This document shows positions 36,588 to 48,478 of a DNA stretch of 64,000 nt, piece by piece. The notes under the pieces were generated by a model. That model saw only the letters and a list, made by a program, of their open reading frames with translations. It was not told the origin of the DNA and ran no database searches. The stretch comes from Guillardia theta CCMP2712 (taxonomy: Eukaryota > Protista > Cryptophyta). The stretch spans positions 389,726 through 453,725 of the forward strand of contig NW_005434625.1 of assembly GCF_000315625.1 (NCBI RefSeq), written 5' to 3'. Within the stretch, counting starts at the first letter, position 1. The number at the start of each line of letters is the position of its first letter. The translations under genes and the position numbers were made by a program.

Positions 36588-36951
36588 AATATAGATTCCA
36601 AGAGGACAATCAAGGAAATTTCACAGGTTTTAAAAGTAAAGAATTCACAAAGTTGTTTCACAGTTTATGCTCCTGTTGGCCAGAAGGTAGGCAGGGCTTG
36701 ACCGAAAGGGAACTGTGAAGGGCAATGTCAGCCTCCCTGAGAACATGCTGAGACGAGGGAGTAAACCTGGTGCTGGTGCTGCTGTTGAGGTGGGGGCTGC
36801 TGTTGAGGTGTCTGCTGAAAGAAAAGCTTTTAAGCCACCCAGACAGCGGTTCACATACTAACCATCGCCTGTTGTGGTTGTTGGCCAACAGGCTGTTGCA
36901 TCGGTGGATACTGCAGCAACGTGTCAAGAACATGAAGATATCACGATGAGC

Positions 36952-38318
36952 TCAAGTCACTTGAAGTGCCGGTTGCATCCCTCCTATCATGTGTGATGAA
37001 ACTGCCATGGAAGGCGCTGGTCCCCCAAGACCCTGCGCCCTTGCCTGCGCCATGGCAAGTTCAGTCCATCATGATGCCATTTCCCCATGCTGTGTGCACC
37101 TGCATCGAGCGGAAGGCAGCAGTGTCGCCGGCTATGAAGAACTGGGGGACGCTACCCATGGTTCCCATGCAACTGAGCAACCTTCCCGTCAACGCGAGAT
37201 ACAAGATTGAAGGCGACTCACTTTGTGTTTCCAACGACTCCAACGGGGTTCATCGCCATGAAAACATTTCCTGATCCTGCGGGCTGCGTTCTCCAGTCAG
37301 AATTTTCAGTACACAAGCGTCAGCGGCAGACCTGGGCCTGTGGCGCTTGTTGATGTACGTTGGTTTGGTGCGTAGGGATAGAAAGCCCTGCGGCTGCGAT
37401 CCCCCCTGCACCTGCCGGTGCAAAGTTGTTTGTAAACCCATTCTGGTGGTCCATCTACATCGAAAAAAAACATATGTTCAGACGACGGTAAGATACACCA
37501 CAGCAGATTATGGTACCGGTACACCAAGAACTCCCTCGTTGGCGATCGGCTGCCACCGCTGGCCAGAGCCCTCGCTGCTGTCACGGGAGCTTGCTGGGGA
37601 TACACTTCCCTTGGTGTCTGGTTTGTTCATCTTCATCTTCTTCCGAGGATTGGAGTCCGAAATTTTGCTATCGGCATCATCTAGACCTGATTCATCCTTC
37701 AAGTTTCCTTGCTCTGGCCGCTCAGGCAAGCCTAGATCTTGCAGAGTTTTCCCGTGCTTATCCAACTTCATGAAATACTTCTGCGCGTGTGTCCGTACTT
37801 GAGTAGAGCTGCGCGTCCCCACAAATCGAGCAATGGACTTGATATCCTTGTGCCCATACATCTTCAGTCCGACGAGGAACCTCTGATGCTCTTCAGGTAA
37901 CCAGTACCTTGTATGAAACTGTCGGTGAAAATTCAGCGATCCATCGGAGGATATGCCTATCCAGGTACCTCTGCGTCTTGCTCAATCATCTTCTTGTGTT
38001 CTTCCCTGTCTTGCAACGCCTCCCTCAACCTGTTCAACTGCCACAAGACAATAAGAGCAGGAAAAGGCTTCAGAGTCATTCAAAGCACAAAAAAACATAT
38101 TTTCTTCAAAAGTTCACTATCAGAAGTCGCCTTACCTCGTCTTTTGCTTCTGCCAGCTCCTGTTTCAGTCGCGCGTTTTCTCGCAAGATCGTCGAGTCAT
38201 GGTCGTTCATGTCAACTCCTTCCCGGATCTCCCTTGAACTTCTCTGATCATCATTTGCTGTAAAATGCACACCCATTGTGGCGGCATTAAGCCCATGATT
38301 TGCAGTATCCGGGAACAT
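36952..38318 (-). CDS. MYB-related (SHAQKYF/THAQKYF-class) transcription factor with N-terminal coiled coil
   Basis: ILRENARLKQELAEAKDE|LNRLREALQ (coiled coil), then RYWLPEEHQRFLVGLKMYGHKDIKSIARFVGTRSSTQVRTHAQKYFMKL. Low-complexity C-terminal exons; putative stop at 36952. Confidence 0.88.
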
Positions 38319-39523
38319 GTGTCAACTGGAACTGTGTATACGACTGCTGTTTCAATCCCTTCGGACCTTTTGCTACAATCCTTCTAACTTCCAATGCTTT
38401 CAGGCTTTGATCTTAGCCAGACAACGATTCAAATAATTAAGGATTGAAAGCTTGTTTGTTTGTGTGCTCTCTCCTCCTTGACAGCAGTGTTCAGCATCGC
38501 ATTGCATTACACCTCGCATTACCAGCAATCTGCAGCATTGTGAAAATTGAGCTCAGGATTTCTTTCCTTCGCCAGGTCCCTTACAGCCACATGTTGATTG
38601 CTTCATGAAATAATTTTATTTATTTTCAAAATACATCAATCAATTTTCAAAACTTTTTCATTCCCCTGAAAAGGATTCTCTCAGATATTGAGTGGTTACT
38701 CCGAGAATAATTTTCCAAACTGGGGGTATACAACAGGCCTCAAAAGACTACATGAGCTATTTCTCATAGCAAGCAGCCAGAGCACCCTGGCCCGCCCCGC
38801 TATCTTGTGCTTCCTGGGCACCCCTGAAGGAAATCTATAGATCCGTTTCTAAACTGTCCTCGTGATTGCCGCGTGACTTGCACCTGACCTTGTCAGCAAT
38901 CAGACCACCCTCCTTGCATCCTTTTATCATATAAATCGTACCCCTGCAAAACAAATCGGTACCCCCTTTTTGACGCAAATGACCCTACCATACTCCTCTC
39001 CTGTGTCCTTTTTATTGTTCTGTCCCTCAGTTCTCCATCCCACCCAGGAAAGTACCCACCCCATGATTTTCCCACAATTTTGAAAAACAAAATACCGGTA
39101 CCTTCGCTCGAACCTACTACCCCTTCTGCCCTGGCCCATTGTGTCGGTATAAAACCCAACTTCTTTTTTTGTCCCATGTGGAAGTAAAGATAACCACCCC
39201 CATGGTCTTGGCTAGGTTTTAGTATTACTACCCCGAGTACCCCCTCTCCAGAGACAGAACCACCCTTGTCCCCCATTCTTTAGACAGGTAGCCTCCTTAA
39301 TGTACCCCTACCCCGTCAAGAAAAACCTCCCTCATCTTGGACCCTTCTTCGAGAAGGTAGCAAGTTCTTGCCGGAAAGGTACATACAATAACTCGGACCT
39401 TCGGTGGACAAGGTTCCCTATCTGATTGATGAAGGACCCCAACTACCCCAATTTTAAAGGAGGGGGTACCCTCTATAAGTAGTTCTAGATCGTCACCACC
39501 TCGTCAGCAGAAATAAACTGTAC

Positions 39524-39559
39524 TACCCCTACCCCTACCCCTACCCCTACCCCTACCCC
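39524..39559 (-). repeat. (GGGGTA)6 perfect tandem repeat, G-quadruplex-capable
   Basis: The plus strand reads tacccc six times. Confidence 0.95.
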
Positions 39560-40143
39560 AGATCCCCATTGATCAAAAAACTTTATTCGACCCCACGAAT
39601 TTGTGTTTGACCTCAGGGTAGGGGTGCCTACCCCTACCTTTCAGATTGATTGGAAACGAGATGTACCACCCCACCCCCTCGGATAGTAGTTTTGACCCCA
39701 ACCACGGACTCCCGGTGCATCGTTCACGGAAACGGCCCGGCCTGCTAAACGCTTTTCACAGAGAGGCAAAAAAGAAAAGAAAAAATCCGCTGAAAGAGGC
39801 TTCATAACCTGATATGTTGAGGTCTCTGGCTGGAAGTGTTATTAGGTCCGGCCGGCGACCGGGCCCGGGCTGTCGTCAGGGCCGTCAGGATTCACTCAAC
39901 TCGTTAAAGTTTACTCAAAGTTTATGTTTAAAATAAGTTGTTTTAAAAGCGCTATGTTGAACTGATGCAGGGCGGTGAAACGAGTAGGAGGCGGGAGGAG
40001 GAGCGAGCGAAGAGGAATGCTCAGATTGAGGAGATGGCTGCGAGATGATAACAGGACAAGCACGGAGGACAAGGACAACGATGGCAAGCAAGGGCAAGTA
40101 GGCTACAAGTGGCTCTGGACACAGGAAAAACATACGACGGGAG

Positions 40144-43100
40144 ATGCATAGTGAAACTGGTGATTTCATAGCGACTGCGCACACGAACTCTATCAGCTCA
40201 AGGCTGCTAGGGAATTCGAGCAGGTCGTACAATCCTGTGCGTCCCTTCTCCTTGAAAGGGCGGCTCTTCCATGTCTTCCTCTCCTACCGAGTTGCAACTG
40301 AAAAAGACGCCGTGAAGTTGATCTACAAACAGCTTCGAGAGGTCTCCACCTCAAGGCTCCCCATCCCCGCCGAAGGGAGAGGTCAGTGGTGCGGCTTCAC
40401 CAAGAAGCCCTCGGGCCTGCCTCCTCAATGTGCCAAGGTGTTCTTGGACGTGGAATGCCTGGAAGACGGGAAGAACTGGGAGGACTCGTTTGCTCGCGGA
40501 GTCGTGCACACCATGGTCTTCGTTCCCCTGCTCTCGTGGACGGGGGATGGGGGAGGGTCGCTGGGAGGGATGATGTCGCTGAAGGATGCGGACAGAGTGG
40601 ACAACGTGCTTCTCGAGTACATCATCGCGTTGGAGTGGACGCGGATGGAGGACAGCTCTCTTCGCTCGATCCTCCCCGTGTTCATGGACAGGGACTCGGA
40701 GGGGGCAGAGGTGAGGTTTCCGATGGAGGAGCTGAAGAATCTCCCCGACCGTCCTTCCAAGATGACCAACGACACGGCAGAGCAGCTGCTGCGGAGCTTC
40801 GGCGTGAAGGAAGCGCAACTGATGGAGATGAGAAGCAGGTCGGTGAAGGAGACGGTGGGGATGATCTTGAAGCTGCAGGGGATCAAGCTGTCGCAGATGT
40901 CGTCAGAGCAGCCCTTCACTGACTGCGCCGAGAGGATCCTGCACGTGGTTCGTAGGGACATAGACTCGTGGAGGAGGAGGAGGTTTCGTTTCAACACGCC
41001 GACGGGGGTGGAGCTGCTGGACTGGCTACAGGAGAACAGCCTGATGCGGGCAGCTCCCATCCTGAATGCTGCAGACCTGCACACGCTCGACATCATAGCG
41101 AAGCTGAGGAGAGAGGACGTGGATCGCTTGTGGACGCTGTTCAGCATAGCTACTGGGGTTGAGAATGGGACTGAGTTAGAGACTTTGGGCCTGCGACTGC
41201 GACTGGCGGCTGCGATCGAGAAGCTAAAGGAGGACGAGCGATCGCACAAGCTGGCGAGGAGGCTGGATGACTACACAGACGTGCGAGGATCTGCACTGTC
41301 CTGCACGTTCTCCAGTAACGCTTGTGAGATTGCAATGTCAAAGGTGTTCTTCCAGGTTGCCGTAGCGCTCTATGGTAGTGGTCTTATCCTCTTTGGGGCT
41401 TACGTGATGGCGAACCCGTTCCTGTGGTACGGGGGGGGGAGGACGAGGCTGCTGTGGGCAAACTACTTCATCATGGCTCCTCTGAATGAGATCGGGCTAG
41501 GCATTCTTATTGTCTACATTGCCTACGTCGGTCGGTACAAGTCTCCTCTAATTGCTCGCCGGTTTGCTCAGAGGATGTTCATGGTGAACAGCTTCACGGC
41601 TGTCCTCGCCCTTCTCGTCGAGATCCTGCAGCATGCTCTGTCCTTGCACGACCCGAGCTGGACGTGGGGAACGTCAGTGGAAACAGGCTTTCTGCTCTGG
41701 ATCATCATCAGTATAATCTGCGGTTTGGTTCTCTCCCTCCTCCTCCGCTACCGACAGGAGTATCTAATTTTCGGCATCTTCATCTACTGTGGAGCAGTCC
41801 AGCTTCTTATGCGGTCAACCCGATCCTCAATGGAGGAGCCAACAAGTATGTCGGGGACCTGATGCTTGTGATCGCCTGCTCATACTTCGCCATGATTCCG
41901 ATTCTCTTGGTTCTGTGGGTGCGAGTGCGTAAGGAGGCGTCGCAGTATCTCAGCCGGGACGTGGAGCGATACAACGAGCGATGGAAGCGGGTGAGGGAGA
42001 GGTTCAACATCGAAAGCCTCAGCGTGGCGAGTGAGCCCGCTCCTCATCGCGGTAAGGTCGCAGATGTACAGGTTGTGGTGGACTCGAGCCGCTGCGAGGA
42101 CGATCGTGAAGCGTTCCGTCGCGTCCTGGTGCTGACTCGCCGCATCTCCTCCATCATCACCAACGACTCTCGCGCCCTATCGCGCCAGGACAAGTGGACC
42201 AACATAGTCTGGCTTCTGACCTCGCACTTCGACCAGAGCAGGAGGTACTCCCTCAACGGCAAGGCGCGGCAGCGATCCTCGGACATCGACCAGCTGTTTG
42301 CACAGGCCGCGAGCATCAACGAGCCTGTCCAGCAGGTGCTGAGCTCCATCGTGGAGAGCTACCTGGCGACTCAGACGCATGAGAAGGAGCAACCGACGAG
42401 CGTTCCATCCCCAGCTGAGCTTCATGCGACCTTTGGGGAGGAAGAACCTGTCAAGAAGTTTGAGTTTGTACCTGGGCCGGTGAAGCAGCCGCTGCGGAGC
42501 TTCCAGAAGTGCATCAGGGCTTACAGGAGGTGAGGGCTGAGGGAGAGGGGATGGGGGAGAGGGGAGCAGAAGCAAGAAGAAGAAGAGTGGGGACAAAAGG
42601 ACGAGGGGGAGAAGGAGGAGGTGGTGGTGGTGGTGGTCGAGGATCAGGAGGAGGCTGCTGGAGGGGGGTGGGGGGGGGCGTCGGGCTGTTGGGGAGTGAG
42701 GGAGTGAGTTGGATGGCAGGGACGTTGGGCTGCTGACGGATCTTGTGCGATGTACGTTTGTGGTGGAGGACATGCAGACGCTGCTGGGGGTGCTGATGAG
42801 CCTCCTGGAGCGATCGGTCGTCGGCTTCTTCACCCAGCACGACCTGTACGGGGAGGGAGGGGAGGGAGGAGGAGAGGGCCAAGGGAAGAAGCTGTTCCGC
42901 ATCACCAAGGTGAAGAATCGCTTCGACGAGGAGTCGAAGGACTTCGAGGAGGCGACGGGGTTCCGCAACCTCTCGCTCTCCCTCGAGGTCGGCTGGACGA
43001 GCGACGAGCGGACCTGCCACTTCGTTCCTGTCGCCGCGTGGGAGCGGAACGGGGAGGTGGAGACGCACATCGTGGAGGTGCAGGTGAACACGAGCTGATG

Positions 43101-43316
43101 CAGATGCAGATGGGAAGGACGTGAGGGGGGGTAGGGGGGAAAGAGGGTGGAAGGGGAGGAGCAAGCGATGGGGGTTGTCTGGAGGAGGAGAGGAGGGGTG
43201 TGGTGTAGGAGGTGACTTTCATGCGGGTGCAGGTTCACCTCCGGCCGCTGTATGAGGTCACCAAGGAAGGAAGCCACGGGAGCTACGTGTTCTGGCGAGA
43301 TCTCCTCGCCAAGTGA
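40144..43316 (+). CDS. TIR-like + SAM-like + multi-TM + RelA/SpoT-like nucleotidyltransferase fusion protein
   Basis: TIR: FHVFLSYRV...KVFLD..CLEDG.NWEDSF.RG...VFVPLLS...DNVLLEYIIALE...ILPVF. SAM-like: ELLDWLQENSL...LHTLDIIAKL. About 6 TM segments. After introns 42530-42719 and 43084-43232: GPVKQPLRSFQKCIRAYRRDVGLLTDLVRCTFV...KVKNRF...GFRNLSL...HIVEVQVHL...SHGSYVFWRDLLAK*. A frame change near 41800 needs a 38-nt intron (41760-41797) or a 1-nt indel. Confidence 0.75.
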
Positions 43317-44005
43317 AGCTGTTTTTACGGCGGTACTTTCGAAACGGTTTCCATGAAGTTTCTCAGTGTCTAGTTTATCTTGCCGCGTTGTCAATTTGCT
43401 TTCATCATTTTTATCAAGTCTAGCTAGGTCAATAAATCTGGTATCAGTTATCAGGCCGCGCCCGGCCAGTTCACTGACTGTCACTACTTAGTACGTCGTA
43501 CTTCCGAGGCCATACGGCGAGGCTGAGAGGGAAAAGATCGTACAGAACATCGACTCGACGCTGATCACCGTCACAAACCGTGCACCGGCAGTGGCCGGCC
43601 CTTAGTAAAAGCGTCACAGGCTGGCCCGGGGGTGGGCCGCTAGTACGAGTCCCGGCCCGGCCCGGCCGGATTGAATTTGTGATTTTGCAGGGGTAGGGGT
43701 ACTCGTGTCTGATGACCCGACCTGAAACAGGTTTTTCCTATGATTTGTAGGGTGGGGGTATCAGCCCCGGACTGGCCCGGGCTGGGAGGGTGCGCCATGC
43801 TGAGGGCAGGGTGACATGGAGTGATGGGGGGAGGAGGGAGGAGCATGCAGATGGTGCTAAGGAAGCGATGATGAAGAGTTTTCACAGGCTCGTAGTAGGT
43901 GGAGGGGGGGGGGGTTGTGAAAACGACATAAATGTCCGGAGCTACTTCCACCAGAGTCCTCTGTCTGACTGTAGCTGAAGACTTTTCGCAGGTGGATCAC
44001 AGGAC

Positions 44006-45372
44006 ATGAAGACTTTGATCCAGTTCTCTGGTATGCGGATTAGACAGCTGGCCCCCAAGCTTGCTCGGCGCCAGAGGAACCTGTGCTCAGGTTTCTTCTC
44101 GGAGATCTTTGGGCGGGGGAAACGAGGCTCGGGGTACCACATTCCTGAGCACATAGAGAAGCCGGACTATGCTGAGGATGGGACCCCCAAAGGGATCCCC
44201 CCGGTGTTTCCCTGGATCATTTACCAGAACACGCCGGAGGAGATTGAATGTGCTCGAGAGGCTGGCAGGTATGAACAAGGACTGCTGACGGGAGCGGCTG
44301 ACTGGTAAATGCGTGCGTGCAGGATATCGAGGGAGGTGCTTGATGCTGCAGGCAAGGCGGTTCAGGAGGGTGTGAGCACAGCGGAGATAGACGAAGTTGT
44401 CTACCAAGAGACTATCAAGAGGGGGGCGTACCCCTCCCCGCTCAACTACCGCGGGTTCCCAAGGTGCGTGTGCACTTCCCTCAACGAGGTAGTATGCCAC
44501 GGGATACCGGACCCGAACAGGAAGTTTGTGCAGGGAGACATCGTCAACATAGATGTCTCCTGTTACATTCGTGGTTACCACGGCGACAACAGCGAGATGT
44601 TCTGTGTGGGGGAGGTGGATGAGGGCGCAAAGAAGCTGCTCAAGGTCACGTACGACAGTTGGCAGGTTGGCCATCCCTGCTCCCTCTGCTGCGTCTGACT
44701 TGCATGCTCGTGGGCAGGCGGCAATCGCCATCTGTCGTCCTGGGGTTCCTTACAACAAGATAGGCCATGTCATCGACGATTATGTCACCAGGTACTTCAC
44801 AGCTTCCCTCCAATCCTGCTCCTCCCTTCCTCCCTTACGTGCTCATAGTCACGGGTTCTCGACGACCAAGAACTTTCTCGGCCATGGAGTCGGCAAGATT
44901 TTTCATACCACCCCCAACGTATTCCATCATGGAACGTCGCGCGACCTGGGGATCATGGTGAGTTTTGTTGTTAGCTAGGTTCCTGCCATGCTTAACTAGG
45001 ACCTTGCAGGCTCCTGGCCACATTTTTACCATTGAACCTATGATCAACGAGGGCACAGATCAGGTTGTGTGCGATGTCGACTCAATGCTAATTCCGTCCT
45101 TTCCTTCGCCCTTTCCTTTCTTCTCTCTCGTCTGACTCGTTTGCTCGTCCTGCAGAACCATACCCTGGATGATGGTTGGACAATCGTCACCTCTGACAAC
45201 AAGCGAAGTGCTCAATTTGAACACACCCTTCTTATCACTGAAACAGGTCGGTGATGCGATTCAGAGATAGCAGATGCAGTCAGAATTTTGATTTCGATGT
45301 TCTGATTTCAATTCAGGCGTGGAAATTCTGACAAAGAAGTCAGCAACTTCCCCGAAGCAGTTTTGGGAATGA
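44006..45372 (+). CDS. Methionine aminopeptidase type 1 (organellar MAP1D-like)
   Basis: [50 protein letters not shown]...[64 protein letters not shown]|VEILT. Arg-rich N-terminus resembles a mitochondrial presequence. Confidence 0.95.
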
Positions 45373-46273
45373 AAGCTAAAGCTATGGGGTTTGTTCATTT
45401 TTTCTAGACAGTGGGGAATTCAAGGTAGTGAATTTGACACGCTCATGATGCTAGTCGAGTAGAGCCCGGTCTGTGCGGATTTGTGATGGGGGGGTGGGGG
45501 GGAGGGGGGGGGGGGATGGATGGAGGGTTGACAGAGAGTCGCTTCAGTTCAGCAGCGTGAGGGTCTGAGAATGTATTCGCACTGAGAGAAGGAGCTGAAA
45601 GTACGACAAAGAACTGAGAATGAAGCAGAAGGGTAAGAGAAAGGCCTCTGCCTTGAACCCTGAGGGTATCGTTGACCAGGGGTTGATCTGTGCGAAGCTT
45701 CATCTCTGTGCAGCTTATCCCTGGGCATCCCCGTCCAAGCTGCGACATTTGCCCAGCTGCACCGTAGAGGACTGAAGTTTTAGACCCTCAGGTGACTCAG
45801 AAAAACTCCGGGACAACACGGTTTTGCGTATGAGGGAGGGAGGAAAGGGGGAGGAAAGGGGGGGAGTCGGATACGCCTGCGATCTAAAGCGTGTTAGTGA
45901 AGAGTCTGCTCGGGTGGGCAAGGGGGTGGGTAATGCCATATTAACATCGCTGGGGGTGAGGGGGGTCGTCTCTGTGCAAAGGGTGCAACCATGAGAGCAG
46001 AGGTGGCGGGAGTGATGGTGGTCAGGGGGTCGTAGATGGATGGATGCATCGAGGTAGGAGGGAGATTGGTGCAGGAAACGATGGAATGACGATGGCCAGG
46101 AGGAAAGGATGAAAGGCAGGGTCGGCTGGGATGCGGGAGACAGCAAGGTTGAGGAGGGAAGAAGGGTAGAAAACATGCACTCACTAAAGATACAAGCAAA
46201 GTGAGCTGTATCGTTGCCGACACATATCCAGAATCCAAAGGATTCAATCTGACATGCTTGACATGCTTGTGGC

Positions 46274-47338
46274 ATGTCAACTGAGAATCTACTTTGCGCA
46301 GTAGCCAAAATTCTCCGCCATCTGCTTCAAGTCCTCTGCCTCGCGCTCCTCTTGACAAGTCAAGCGTTGGTTAGTACCGCTGGACCTCCTGGTGTCTGTT
46401 CTAGCAGTCTGAAGATGAGGGTTGTGACGGTTCCGATCCTTGAAGGTATCTTCCCTCCCTCTCCTGCCCCGAGCGCCATCTGAGCTTGACTGTGGCAGAC
46501 AATTACGCCTACCTCGTCATCGACGAGGCTACCAAGAAGGCTGCCTGCATTGACCCCGCAGAGCCCAAGGTGGTCCTCGAGGCGGCGAAGAAGGAGAACG
46601 TGGAGCTGACGCACATCCTGACCACTCACGCCCATTGGGATCATGCTGGGGGCAACGAAGAGATGAAGCGACTAGTCCCCAACCTCGAGGTCGTGGGCGG
46701 CAAGGGCGATCGCGCTCAAGCTGTCATGCGCGAGGTAGGAGACGGTGACACTGTGCTGGTGGGCTCTCTGGAAGTGAAGGTGCTCTACACCCCCTGCCAC
46801 ACTGCAGGCCACGTCTGCTACTACCTTGAGCCCAAGGACGGGCCGCGTTGTGTCTTCACAGGCGACACCATGTTCGTTGCGGGCTGCGGAAACTTCAACG
46901 CAGGAACGCCACAGCAGATGTTCCATGCTCTTGTCGAGAAGATCGGATCCCTGCCGCCCGACACTCTGGTCTATGTAAGTGACCGATGCCCTGGGACTTG
47001 TGAACTGATGGGCTCGATGCAGTGCGGGCATGAGTACACAGAGAAGAATCTCATGTATGCTCAGACTGCCGAGCCCAACAATCAAGCCATCAAGGACAAG
47101 CTGGCGTGGGTGAGACAGCAACGGGCCCAGGGCAACCCGACGGTGCCATCAACAGTCTCTACCGAATGGCAGATCAACCCATTCCTCCGATGCAGGTAGC
47201 GTGAAATTTGCTCCGTGACATGCCACATGCGTGATCTTCTCCTCCAGGGAGCAGACTCTCCTCGAGTACACGGGCAAGAGTGACCCCGTTGAATGCCTGG
47301 CGGTCATCAGAGCCAGGAAGAGCGCATGGAGGCCGTAA
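46274..47338 (+). CDS. Hydroxyacylglutathione hydrolase (glyoxalase II), metallo-beta-lactamase fold
   Basis: MRVVTVPILE|DNYAYLVID...ACIDP, THILTTHAHWDHAGGN, YTPCHTAGH, VFTGDTMFVAGCG, CGHEYTEKNL, PTVPSTVSTEWQINPFLR. In-frame hydrophobic leader from ATG 46274; core ATG at 46415. Confidence 0.95.
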
Positions 47339-47441
47339 GGCAGTTAGTCTGTGGTAACGATCCATGTGAATCCCAGCCTCCTTTGACGGTTTACTGATGG
47401 ATAACGACCGATCAACTTGCAAACAAGTGACTCGAATCCCC

Positions 47442-48478
47442 TCATGCTCCATATTTCGGCATCTTTCCCAGCAGAAAGGCAGTCTCAGACAACCTGTGAG
47501 CAATTTTAGCCAAGGTGAACAACAACATGAGTGTATACCAATGCTGAGCCAAGAAACCTCCATTGCCACCTGCACCCAGACGTCACGGAAGCGCGTGCCA
47601 GGAATGCACCAGATGCGAATACCGAGCTTGCAGATCTGCTCGGTGTCAAAGGCTTTGACGTGGTCCCTCCTTGTCGCTTCCGGATGGTTGGTGCAAATAA
47701 TGACCCTCTGCTCAACCCCGTCCTCCTCCTCATTCAGCACCCTGCCGTTGTGCATCGTCGAGCTCTGCGGGGGGCGGAGGAAGCTCCGCAGCTGGTCTTG
47801 CAGCGAGTGGATGTGACCATTCTGCTCCTTGCCGTCCGAACCGAATGTGAAAGAGCCCAGATCCTGCCTGTGCGCCAGCATCATGCACTGCAGCATGTCG
47901 ATATTCCCATCTCCCCACACGTTGTTGGCCACCACCGCCAGGGTCTGCAGGCATTGCGCCGTCTGCAGCTCCGCATTCTGGCCCTCGTCCATCGCCCGCG
48001 CATCCAGGTGTAGGATGAGTAGGTCTGCCGAGCCGTCCAGCGCCTTTCTCACCTTGTCCACCAGCTGTTCTCCAAGCTTATGGCTGCTCAACCCCGCACC
48101 AGGAGGCTTCTCCAGGAGTTCACAATCGAGCCGGAGGGTGTCCTGTAAACCGAGGACCTCCTCTCGGTTGCTAAGGACCTTCACCCTTAGCCCCCCGTAC
48201 CGTTCGTTGAGACTCACTTCCTTCTCTCCCTTGCTTTCGAAACCATCCAGCTCTGACAGCCGCCCCTTGCATGCCGCAAGCCTGGACGGCATCACTCCCA
48301 GGACCTGCGCAAGAGCGACGCCCGAAGACCCCGAGCAGCAGGGGGGAATGCGGATGGAGAGCCAGCCACTCACCCCCTTGTCCGCAATCACGTCAAGAGC
48401 ATGCAGTCTAGTTGAACTCGCGGTCGCTCTGTCGCAGCCATCTGCGAAAAGGACCAGCCCTTTGGAGTGAGCTAGCAT
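47442..48478 (-). CDS. Conserved uncharacterised eukaryotic protein ending in ...K(x)PKYGA
   Basis: KGLVLFADG...LDVIADKGVSGWLSIR, RYGGLRVKVLSN, DLLILHL, RPPQS, TRRDHVKAFD; spliced end GNGGFLAQHW|LSETAFLLGKMPKYGA*. Family resemblance is from memory, not from a search. Confidence 0.7.

Noticed and set aside
39524-39559. (TACCCC)6 as a telomere or telomere-addition site
   Set aside because: Only 36 bp, internal, and the same hexamer is scattered through many upstream regions. It is better explained as a local expansion of the intergenic motif.
42177-43484. 435-aa minus-strand ORF
   Set aside because: Antisense shadow of the TIR-NTase exons plus low-complexity intron translation; no domain.
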